This document shows positions 23,173-32,103 of a stretch of 64,000 nucleotides of DNA, one piece after another (the first letter of the stretch is position 1; every line of letters begins with the position of its first letter). Source of the DNA: Pachysolen tannophilus NRRL Y-2460 (taxonomy: Eukaryota). The translations under genes were made by a program, and so were the position numbers. The stretch spans positions 1,210,502 to 1,274,501 of the forward strand of contig KV454013.1 of the NCBI GenBank assembly GCA_001661245.1. Reading direction: 5' to 3'. Below the pieces are notes generated by a model. It was not told the DNA's origin. It ran no database searches and saw only the letters and a program-made list of their open reading frames with translations.

Positions 23173-24588
23173 ATGAATACAACAACTGAAAATGATGAAA
23201 ATTTCAACTGTTATAAGTCAATTAATGGCTCTAATGAAAGTTATTCAAGAGTTCTGCAGAAAACGCTGGGAAATTACAAGAATAATGTTTATGAAAATAG
23301 AAATGGATATACTCCTAAAAAAAATTATACAAGGCCTATACCAAGAGATCATTATGTTAGAAAATCAAGACCAAATAGCATAAAGAGCCAATCTTTCCAA
23401 AATTATGAAAATATTATCAACAATTTGAGTAAATCTGATAATATAGGAAAAACCCAAAATGAATTTGGAAAAAATGAAAGTAAAATAGCAATTAAGCCAA
23501 GCAATTGTGCCTCTTTAAATTTAAATGAATATAATAATTATAATAGTAATAACAATATGGAATTCCCTTTAAGGGGAAATTTTTGTTCTGATGATTCTCC
23601 TATGAATGTTGTTATAGTTGGAGATTCCAAATGTGGTAAAACAAGTTTAATATTATCATTTATAGGTAGCAATGATTTTCATCTTTCAGGTCAAATAATT
23701 TCTACATATTCTAAAAAAATTGAATTAGTGAATTCTAGGAAAAAAATTGAAAGTGTCTTTTGGGATTTACCAGGTGATAAAGATTTTGATAGGTTAAGAC
23801 CATTAGCATATGCTGATGCCAGTGTTTGTCTTTGTTGTTTTGCAATAAATTCCGTCGAAAGTTTGAATAGTGTTGTTGAAAGATGGATACCTGAATTACT
23901 GGTGTATTGTCCTAATATTCCAATAGTACTAGTTGGATTACAAGCAGATTTAAGACATGTATCACTTGAAAAAAATAACAATAATAGAAATAATAGTGTT
24001 AACAAGTTGAATAATGTATTAATACCATATGAGACGTGTCTTAATGTTTCCAATGAATCTAGTATTCGGAACGTTGAGTTATATATTGAATGTTCATCTA
24101 TAACAAAGGATAAAATTGAATATTTGTTTGCCAAGACTTTTGAATTGGCTATTAATTATAGAAATGAAAGAAATTTGCATCATCAATTGGATATATCAGC
24201 AACAGTTCCAACAACAGTTGCAGCACAGGAAAACCCATCCAAAGTTTTATCAACAGCAGCTGCTAAAACAGCATTATTATCCAGACCAAACAGCTCATCT
24301 TATTCACTGATTCCTACATCCACAATAACTAGTGGTAATAGCGGGAATAATTTCAATGAGATTGGTAGCCCAGGAAAATCCAAATCTCATTCCAAGTCTA
24401 ATTCTAAAACAGCAGCAACAGCAATGGTTACATGGCCATCCACTTCAAATACAAATAATTCCATACATTCATCACCAACATCAGCAGCTGTTAAGAAACC
24501 CACCAGGCCTTCAAGAATGAATTCAATGACAAGTTTAAGAGTTGATGATAGAAAATATAATCGAAATGAAAAATGCGTTATCACATAG
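23173..24588 (+). CDS. Atypical Rho-family GTPase with long N/C extensions and CaaX (CVIT)
   Basis: GDSKCGKT, WDLPGDKDFDRLRPLAY, LVGLQADLR, ECSS; first in-frame ATG at 23173. Confidence 0.8.
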   Translation: MNTTTENDENFNCYKSINGSNESYSRVLQKTLGNYKNNVYENRNGYTPKKNYTRPIPRDHYVRKSRPNSIKSQSFQNYENIINNLSKSDNIGKTQNEFGKNESKIAIKPSNCASLNLNEYNNYNSNNNMEFPLRGNFCSDDSPMNVVIVGDSKCGKTSLILSFIGSNDFHLSGQIISTYSKKIELVNSRKKIESVFWDLPGDKDFDRLRPLAYADASVCLCCFAINSVESLNSVVERWIPELLVYCPNIPIVLVGLQADLRHVSLEKNNNNRNNSVNKLNNVLIPYETCLNVSNESSIRNVELYIECSSITKDKIEYLFAKTFELAINYRNERNLHHQLDISATVPTTVAAQENPSKVLSTAAAKTALLSRPNSSSYSLIPTSTITSGNSGNNFNEIGSPGKSKSHSKSNSKTAATAMVTWPSTSNTNNSIHSSPTSAAVKKPTRPSRMNSMTSLRVDDRKYNRNEKCVIT

Positions 24589-24667
24589 TAAAAATAAATC
24601 AAAATCCAGTAATTAAATATTAAAAAATATAAATATATTTTAACTTTTAATTTTTTTTATCTTTTCT

Positions 24668-25108
24668 TCAATTTTGTTTTGGAGTTGTAGTTGTAGTTGT
24701 CGTATTTGTTGCTGCTGCTGTTGCCGTAGCGCTTGTTTGATCCCAATTCTCACTATGGTTAACGTTATGGTTATTATTACCGTTGTCGTTGATATCAACT
24801 GGATCCGCGTATAAATCCGACTTGTAAAAACCTTCCCATAAATTCGAAACACTATCAAAATCTTTTCCTACAGCAACTGAGTTCTCCAACGATCTATTCA
24901 AAGAGTTGACATTGTTTAAAATATTTTCCATTGCCGTGTTTATCTCTGTAATTAAAGAATCTCTTTCTTTTTCGAAAAAAGTCAAGTTTGAAGTTACATT
25001 TGGCTGAACTTGAGTTTGAGTTTGAACTTGAGCTTGAGCCTGTTCCAGCTGATGTTGCTGTTGCTGTTGTTGTTGCTGTTGCTCTGATTGATCTTGTGGA
25101 TTCGACAT
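24668..25108 (-). CDS. DAD1: DASH/Dam1 complex subunit Dad1
   Basis: FEKERDSLITEI...LNRSLENSVAVGKDFDSVSNLW. Confidence 0.93.
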   Translation of the reverse strand: MSNPQDQSEQQQQQQQQQHQLEQAQAQVQTQTQVQPNVTSNLTFFEKERDSLITEINTAMENILNNVNSLNRSLENSVAVGKDFDSVSNLWEGFYKSDLYADPVDINDNGNNNHNVNHSENWDQTSATATAAATNTTTTTTTPKQN

Positions 25109-25136
25109 TATAATTAATATAATTAAAAGTATACAA

Positions 25137-25142
25137 ACGCGT
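25137..25142. promoter_or_regulatory. MCB element (ACGCGT) upstream of DAD1
   Basis: Exact ACGCGT about 30 bp upstream of the ATG in AT-rich DNA. Confidence 0.6.
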
Positions 25143-25254
25143 TAAATTTGAATTCTATTTATTTTTATATTCTTTTACTGTATTAACCGGTAATTTGACA
25201 GTTTTTAAAATTGAACAACTTCAAATATTATTTTAATTATAACAACAATATTCG

Positions 25255-25412
25255 AAATTACCAGGACTTTTTGATCTTATATATAGCTTGATCCACTGTA
25301 TAAGAGCCACTCTAATCCTGGGAGAAGAAATTTGTAATAAATTGAGTGAAAGTTCGGTTATGATTTCTATTAAATTGGTGGAATCATTGACTCTACTATC
25401 ATTCATACATTT
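25255..25412 (+). ncRNA. SNR161: Box H/ACA snoRNA, snR161-like (18S Psi766 and Psi632 guide)
   Basis: Hairpin 1: ccagga 25261-66/tcctgg 25316-21 and tcttatata/tgtataaga; H box AGAAGA 25323-28. Hairpin 2: tgagtga/tcattca; ACA 25407-09. Pockets match 18S UUAGAGUG-UU-CAAAG and GUAG-UU-GAACUU at 15 and 14 nt from the boxes. Confidence 0.85.
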
Positions 25413-25697
25413 ATCAACACTTTTTTTTTTATTTTATTTATTTTTAAAATATTTTAATATATATATATTTAATTTAATTTGAATTTTACTGGAGACTTTA
25501 TCACTAGATGTGATGAATGGTAATTCTTGGAACTTTTTGAGCAAACTTTGAGTTGTAGTTTAAATCTCTTTTTAAATTGATTGATTGATGTGAATTTGAA
25601 AATACTAAAAAAAAATTTTCACCTTTTTTTTTCTTTATTTAAATAATCTTTTCTATTTCTTTTGATTTGATCTATTTATGAGCCAAAATTGTAAGAG

Positions 25698-27338
25698 ATG
25701 ATGATTAGTCGAGGGGTTAGGATCGAGCTGAAGCTGGTGGCGATGCGGTTGAGGCGGGTTCAAAGTGGTGTTTCTCTTAGGGGTTTGTCGAATGTTAACG
25801 TTAACGTTAACGTTGGACAATCGACGGTTTCATTACTGAATTCATTTCTGGATTCATTGCATCAACAACTACCACTGATATTAGACCAAAAAGATTTAGA
25901 TGAGATCAAGAGACAGATTTCAGAGTTAAAGAAAGAAAGAATTAAAGATCCTTTGAATGAACATCTGATATTAGAGAAGGAAGTTTGTAAGTTTATACTG
26001 AATTTAAATTTGTCATTAGAAAATATTCGAAATGATTTCAAGATAATTGAAAATTTTTGGTTTTATAAGAAATCTCCCAAGATTAATGAACTTGTTGAAA
26101 TTTTGGAATTAAGTAAAGTAAATGGATATGGGATTGGTTTATCATCAGTAACAAGAAAAGTTGTTATAGTTCCTTTTACTTTTCCTGGAGATAAAGTATT
26201 AGTGGAGTTGATGAGACATTATGAATTATATGCTGAAGCTAGAATTATTAAAATTATTAAAGAAAAAACTAGTAGAGATGAGTTGATTAAATGTAAATAT
26301 TTTGGAAAATGTTCAGGTTGTCAATTACAACATATAGATTATGAGAATCAATTGATTTATAAACAAGATATTATAAAAATTGCATATGAATTGTATTTTA
26401 AAAAAAATCATGATTTTAATATAACTTCAACTATAGGTTCACCTCTTCAATTTTATTATAGAACAAAATTAACTCCACATTTTGCTAAACCAAATTATAA
26501 AAAAATTTCATCAAATAAAGAGATTCAAATTGGATTTAATGAATTTAATACAAATCGAATTATGGATATTGATAATTGTTCCATAGCTACTGAAAAAGTT
26601 AATGAAGGTTTAATTATAGAACGTGAAAGAATTAAACAACAAAATTCAAGATATAATAATGGGAAATCATTAATAATAAGAGAAACTCAAAATGGTGAAT
26701 TTAAAGATTTTAAAACAAATTCAACAGATTCAGTTTTAGAAATAGTGAATAATAAAAAATTCAAGTTCCATATTAATTCTTTTTTCCAAAATAATAATTC
26801 TTCATTATCATCAATTCTTAAATTTATTGATAAAAACATGTTTTTCAAAAATCAACAAGGAAATTTAATAAAACCAAAAAATTTAATAGATACTTATTGT
26901 GGATCAGGTTTTTTTGGAATCTCTTTATCGGATAATTTTGCAAAAATTATTGGAATAGAAATATCAAGAGAAGGATATTTAAGTTCTATTGAAAATGCAA
27001 GATTAAATAATTTACAAAATGCTAAATTTGTATTGGGTTCAGCTGAAAATATTTTCAAATCTCATGAATTAAATGTCAACCCTGCTGAATCTGTAGTGAT
27101 AATGGACCCTTCTAGAAAAGGCTCGAATCTAAGTTTCATGAAACAACTATCGAATTTTAAACCAAGTTTAATTATTTATATATCTTGTAATGTATTCACA
27201 CAGGCAAGAGACTTGTATAGTTTTTTCGAAAAAACAGAAAATGGTCATTGTTATAAGATAAGAGAAATTAAAGGAATCGATTTCTTCCCTCAAACAAGAC
27301 ATGTTGAAAGTGTTGCCATTTTGGAATTGAAAGACTAA
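25698..27338 (+). CDS. TRM2: tRNA (uracil-5-)-methyltransferase, TrmA/Trm2 family
   Basis: CKYFGKCSGCQLQH, YRTKLTPHF, SFFQNN, LIDTYCGSG, DPSRKG, YISCN, DFFPQTRHVE; Arg-rich N-terminus. Confidence 0.88.
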   Translation: MMISRGVRIELKLVAMRLRRVQSGVSLRGLSNVNVNVNVGQSTVSLLNSFLDSLHQQLPLILDQKDLDEIKRQISELKKERIKDPLNEHLILEKEVCKFILNLNLSLENIRNDFKIIENFWFYKKSPKINELVEILELSKVNGYGIGLSSVTRKVVIVPFTFPGDKVLVELMRHYELYAEARIIKIIKEKTSRDELIKCKYFGKCSGCQLQHIDYENQLIYKQDIIKIAYELYFKKNHDFNITSTIGSPLQFYYRTKLTPHFAKPNYKKISSNKEIQIGFNEFNTNRIMDIDNCSIATEKVNEGLIIERERIKQQNSRYNNGKSLIIRETQNGEFKDFKTNSTDSVLEIVNNKKFKFHINSFFQNNNSSLSSILKFIDKNMFFKNQQGNLIKPKNLIDTYCGSGFFGISLSDNFAKIIGIEISREGYLSSIENARLNNLQNAKFVLGSAENIFKSHELNVNPAESVVIMDPSRKGSNLSFMKQLSNFKPSLIIYISCNVFTQARDLYSFFEKTENGHCYKIREIKGIDFFPQTRHVESVAILELKD

Positions 27339-27508
27339 TACAAATGTATATTATTTATTTATAGAATTACCTTTATTTATTTATTCTAATTACCCATTTT
27401 TACCCCTAAACTAAACCAAGCAAATATATATATATGTTAAAAGAAACATTTTTAAAAAGAAAAAAAAGCGAAGAAACACAATTGAATGCATATGAAAAGC
27501 AACATAAC

Positions 27509-28777
27509 TCATCTTTTGGTCAAATAAGCATGAAGAGACTCGATATTTGACCTTCTAGATAAACCAACTCTTGGTGGTAAATATGATGGAGCCGTGGTAA
27601 TGACTAATTCTGGTAACGGTTTACCCTTGAGACGAAGACCTGAATTTCTCTTTTGTTGTCGAGGAGTTTTCACAACAAATAATTCTGTACTTTGTGTATT
27701 TTCAGTATTTTCATTATTTTGAAGTGGTTCTTCCGTGATATTCTCCATAGGTGTTGTTTTAGTAATTTGATCTGTTACGGATTTTTCAGCGACAACTTCG
27801 TTTAAAAGTTTCTCTTGATCAATTTCTTTATTTGAGTGACAACAATTATCTGTAGATTCTTCTTCTTCTTCTTCTTCTTCATTACAAGAATCTTTAGGGT
27901 CATGTTCTGAATCAAGTAATATGAGTTCTTCTTCTGGATTATTAGGTTCAGAATCAACTGTATCTGTTATCTTTTCCGATAAAAATTCTATTTCGATATC
28001 GCTATCACTGACCTCCGCCACTTGTTTGTTTGCAACCAGTTTTGTTTCTTTCATTGGACACTCTTGAGCCAATATTGTTTCAACAGCAATGGTTTTACTT
28101 CTAATTTTCTTGTTTGCCTTTTTTGTTTTGTTTTGAATCGGTTCAGTTTTTGATCTTTTAGCCTTTTTAGCTTTTGTAGAATTAGAATGCCCAATTAGTT
28201 CTTCAAATACAAATACTTGAGCTTCTGGTACACATTCCGTCTGGCTCTTTTGTTGTTCTTGTTCTTGTCCATCAACTTTATCAGCAACTACTTCTTTTGG
28301 TTCCTCCTCAATGACTTGAATTTGAACACCAGTAGACAGATTATCAATATCATCAGAATTCAAGAAATTTTGTTGCAATTCTTGGGTTGCTACAATATTC
28401 TGAGACGTATTTGCTAAAAATTGTGATTGTATCATAGCACCAATATCACCATTACCTTCTTGAGGAAATGTGGTATTTAATGTTGAATTACTATTATTTA
28501 TAACGGCGCTAAACTCTTCATCGGGTTGTGATCCAGAATTAGAATCACATTTTTCTCCAGACTCTAGCCGCTCAACTTCTATTTCACAACCACCATCAAC
28601 AACCATTGTTGAGTTATGTTTCAGCATCGCTTCATCTTTTAATCTAGCAAAAAGTGATTTGGAAATCAATTCTTCTTGTAAAATCAAAGCTTTTTGATCT
28701 TTATTCTGCTTTAAATTCTCCTGCAAGGAAAAATCAATACTCTTCAATGGCGGTAAGTCCCAGACATTATCGCCCAT
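27509..28777 (-). CDS. Acidic, probably disordered protein with C-terminal RVGLSRRSNIESLH motif
   Basis: 422-codon ORF with ATG; function not securely recognised. Confidence 0.7.
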   Translation of the reverse strand: MGDNVWDLPPLKSIDFSLQENLKQNKDQKALILQEELISKSLFARLKDEAMLKHNSTMVVDGGCEIEVERLESGEKCDSNSGSQPDEEFSAVINNSNSTLNTTFPQEGNGDIGAMIQSQFLANTSQNIVATQELQQNFLNSDDIDNLSTGVQIQVIEEEPKEVVADKVDGQEQEQQKSQTECVPEAQVFVFEELIGHSNSTKAKKAKRSKTEPIQNKTKKANKKIRSKTIAVETILAQECPMKETKLVANKQVAEVSDSDIEIEFLSEKITDTVDSEPNNPEEELILLDSEHDPKDSCNEEEEEEEESTDNCCHSNKEIDQEKLLNEVVAEKSVTDQITKTTPMENITEEPLQNNENTENTQSTELFVVKTPRQQKRNSGLRLKGKPLPELVITTAPSYLPPRVGLSRRSNIESLHAYLTKR

Positions 28778-28897
28778 CTTCTACTTCTGCTATCTTCCTG
28801 CCACTTCCACTTCCACTTCTAAGTCCGTCTTATCGGCTCTTGTTGGCGTCGTCGTAGCTTCTGTATTTTATGTCCTTTGTTATATTGTAGAGGAATT

Positions 28898-28914
28898 TAT
28901 AAAAATGCGCGCGT
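28898..28914 (+). promoter_or_regulatory. TATA box (TATAAAAA) and MCB-like GCGCGCGT between the 27509-28777 ORF and the TER candidate
   Basis: TATAAAAA at 28898-28905, about 90 bp before the predicted TER 5' helix; CGCGT at 28910-28914. Confidence 0.5.
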
Positions 28915-28989
28915 TGTTTACTTTTTATACCAAAAGAAAAATATCAACAAAACGCTTTCATATTATCAATACTTTTATTCTTTTTTGAA

Positions 28990-30005
28990 GTTGCAATCAT
29001 TTCATTCTACGAATAAGAGTATATGTTTCTGTTAATCATCAATTCGAAGGTTTTTTTTATTGAGGAGCTAAAAAAGAGAGTTTTTTTGTTTTGTTGGAGA
29101 AGTTTTGATGTTTCTGTTCCATTTCATGTTCAATTGCAACTGTTTCACAAGTTTGAAATCTTTTACTTCTAGAATGTTACCATTTCAAATGGTGGATCTA
29201 GTGTAAAAGGTATTGTTCACCACTCACACCACTCTAATAGATTTTTATTTTTGTGACAAGTGCCTTGGATCACGGTATAGTTCACGTTTACGTTGATATT
29301 GGAGATTATATTTCAAGTTAAGTTAAGTCTTTCTTCGTTTACTCTTTGTTTTTTGTTGTTGTTTTTTTTTTTGGCTCAGTATTATATGGACAAATCTTCC
29401 AATAAAGGAGAATGCATTTATAACAGTACTCGTTTTTTATAGAGATGTTATTCAATAGTTTGCAAAAGGAAACATTGGAAAGATTATTTTTGTTTTTTTT
29501 TTTCAAATTGTTTCATGATTTAAACTATAGTGTCGTATTCCGGATAATAGTTTATTGGGATTAATTTGTTCTGAAAGCTTTGAGATTACAACAAGAAAGG
29601 AAGAAGAAGAAGAAGAATTTAGCTTTTTAGAAGTATAATCTCTATTTCGACTTTAATAAAATTTTGGGGAGTTTTTTTTTCAAATGTTATTTTTCCTCTC
29701 CATTTAATTATAAATAAAAGGAAATAAATAGCATTCCAAAGTTTGAAAAGTTGTTATCAAAGGGAAAAGGCAAAAGAACATTAAACGTATTTTCCAACTT
29801 TTTAAACAGAAACTTTTTCTTTCTTTGAGAAGAAATATTATATTTATGAGTAGGGCTTTTCCTTTCTTTTTATGGAAATGATCAATACATTATCTTATGT
29901 ATGTCGAAAGTTGATAATTTCTTTCTTAATTGAATCGATAGATTAGATTCTTACTTTGAATGATTGATTGCTCTTTTTTTTTTTTTTTTTATTATTTTTA
30001 TCTTT
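28990..30005 (+). ncRNA. TER1: Telomerase RNA candidate (TER/TLC1 homolog), about 1 kb; ends approximate
   Basis: Template 29218-29234; boundary hairpin 29160-29209; long arm 29301-29643; pseudoknot 29665-29735; core-enclosing helix 29137-47/29744-53; terminal helix 28993-29020/29947-29971; no ORF; near PDX3 and an snR161-like gene. Confidence 0.85.
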
Positions 30006-30080
30006 TATCATTTAGAGCATAAGTTTATACTCTAAATGATAAAACAATACTAGCTAATCTATTTATCTTCTAAAGATTAA

Positions 30081-31226
30081 TTATAATTCACAAAAAGTCA
30101 GACTATTTAATCCAACAACCCAATTATAAACACCTAAAATCAACATCATTAATACAAAACAAGAACATATCGAAAACGAGCCATATATATATCTATCTTT
30201 CACTTTACCAAAACCGAACAATTCAGCTACAAATGTAGAAACTGTGCTTAATGAGCCACTAAATCCAATACTGATTGCATCTAAAACTAAACAACTTAAA
30301 TAATCATCAACAATATATTCATCTCCACCATAAGGTTTTTTCCCATAAGATAATAACGTTGTTATAGCTAATACCAAGACTGCAATAAAATTTGCTAGAT
30401 AAGTACCTATAAAAATTCTATCAGATTTTGTGTTAAATTTCAATGCCAAGTAATATCTTAAATAACAACCAAAGGGAGCAAAGCAACAAGCTAACGACCA
30501 AGGTTTCCAAAAATCATGATTATGCAATGCGCAAGATAATACCAACATTAAAACATCCAACAGGAATCCCAAAATAGGTATTATAAAATCAAATAATGAA
30601 ATCATTGATCTAGAAAATTTCCAACCAAGATTATGATCTACATAATTTCCTAATTCTTTACCCATTCTATATCCAAAAATAGATAACCCCAATTGTGTTA
30701 ACAATACAGCGAAAAATTCCATAGTTCCATAACCTGTTGTTGGATACAGAGCACCACCATTTAAATTTAACGTCTTGGTAAGAATTTCTAAAATATATGA
30801 AGAAAAAGATGAAAAAGTCCCACAATAACCTGTAGTTAAACCAATATATAACGGAATCCTTTTTTTATTTTCAAACCGCGGAACATGATAACGCTTAATA
30901 AACCTCCTGATATCATTTGACTCAACTTTTGATAATTTATAAGTCCCATTTGTATCTGTCAGTTCAAGATCATGAATAAGTAAATTCTCCCAAACTTCAG
31001 CAGATGAGTTAATATACCCCATTATAAAACATGCCGTAAAGTTAACCCATACAACACTAACTCCATTGTTATGAACATAATTATTATCATAATACGTCAA
31101 TTTACTTAAGGCTATCCTTGATAAGCAACCCAATACACTCCAAAAACTTAAATCAAAAAAAATCTTCACATTTGTCAAAATCGAGTGCGCATCAACCAAG
31201 ATAACTTTATTCGATAGCTGATTCAT
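30081..31226 (-). CDS. FEX1: Fluoride export channel FEX (two fused Fluc/CrcB domains)
   Basis: GCLSR..L, WVNFTACFIMG, GLTTGYCGTFSSFSS, APFGCYLRY, GTYLANF, GFSGSLSTVSTF; first ATG at 31226. Confidence 0.92.
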   Translation of the reverse strand: MNQLSNKVILVDAHSILTNVKIFFDLSFWSVLGCLSRIALSKLTYYDNNYVHNNGVSVVWVNFTACFIMGYINSSAEVWENLLIHDLELTDTNGTYKLSKVESNDIRRFIKRYHVPRFENKKRIPLYIGLTTGYCGTFSSFSSYILEILTKTLNLNGGALYPTTGYGTMEFFAVLLTQLGLSIFGYRMGKELGNYVDHNLGWKFSRSMISLFDFIIPILGFLLDVLMLVLSCALHNHDFWKPWSLACCFAPFGCYLRYYLALKFNTKSDRIFIGTYLANFIAVLVLAITTLLSYGKKPYGGDEYIVDDYLSCLVLDAISIGFSGSLSTVSTFVAELFGFGKVKDRYIYGSFSICSCFVLMMLILGVYNWVVGLNSLTFCEL

Positions 31227-31414
31227 TTCCTCGACAGATTCCAAGCTTTACCACAGATCATCAGTCAAAACAATCTCAAATATATTTATATATTTATATA
31301 TTTATATATATATATACGAAACCACCTTTGTTCTTTTTTTTTTTGACCTATTTTCAATTATAGTCGTGCGGTTTACTACAAAACCTAATCCGGTAATAAG
31401 AGCCAATTGAATTT

Positions 31415-31485
31415 GCCGCCTAATTCCCCGCTTCTTTGCCCGCCCAGATTCCGCCTAAAGTTAGGCCGCAAATCTTCCCGCCAAA
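31415..31485. promoter_or_regulatory. Cluster of CCGC(C) motifs in the FEX/ENO divergent promoter
   Basis: Six CCGC cores within 70 bp of otherwise AT-rich DNA. Confidence 0.55.
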
Positions 31486-31908
31486 TCTTGAAGAAAACGA
31501 CAACGACGAAGACAATGACGAAGACGATGATGATGGCGACGACGACAACGACGAAGAATAGAAAAGCAGAGATATGCTCACTTTTTATACTCAGCTAGCT
31601 GGGGTTTCATAAGAAAGCTAAGAAAGCCAGGTGTACTGGCAAATATCCTGATTTTGCTGTTCTGTTGTAATTCCGCTGTGTATTAAAAACTGGAGTTGCA
31701 ATAGAACTGCTACTATGCATCTGTCTTTATATATTATCGACTATCAACTCTGGGCTATGAGCTATGTGCTATGATTTATGAGCTATGTATGGTATTTATG
31801 GCATTTATGTAGTTTTTCAAGTTTAATACCCTCGATACTCATCTTTATTAGTTATTTATGCATGCATTGCGCGATGAGTTCGATGTAGAGTTGCATTTAT
31901 TTCCCCTT

Positions 31909-31925
31909 CGGTGGGTAGGTTACCG
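31909..31925. promoter_or_regulatory. CGG-N11-CCG (Gal4-type UAS) upstream of enolase
   Basis: ttCGGtgggtaggttaCCGaa with exact 11-nt spacer; TATATAA at about 32027. Confidence 0.55.
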
Positions 31926-32103
31926 AAATTGGGGATGAATGAGAGGTACCCGAGCAGGTGATAATTTGATTAAAGCAACAGATTGGGTGTTTTTGAGCAT
32001 TTAAAAAGGAGGAGAGATCTTGATGGTATATAAGGTTAGTAAAATGTTGAAAAAAAAAAAAAAAACAAATATTGAGAATTAATTTAGGAGTATTATCGGT
32101 AAT

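Noticed and set aside
25509..25560. C/D snoRNA suggested by GTGATGA
   Set aside because: No CTGA D box or terminal stem downstream.
28860..30060. Centromere or LTR as the explanation for the ORF-free gap
   Set aside because: No CDE elements, TG...CA LTR ends or large perfect inverted repeats; strand-specific G-U helices plus a template fit an RNA gene better.
31270..32100. Bacterial-type fluoride riboswitch in the FEX/ENO intergenic region
   Set aside because: No recognisable crcB aptamer consensus by eye; only transcription-factor-like motifs and simple repeats.
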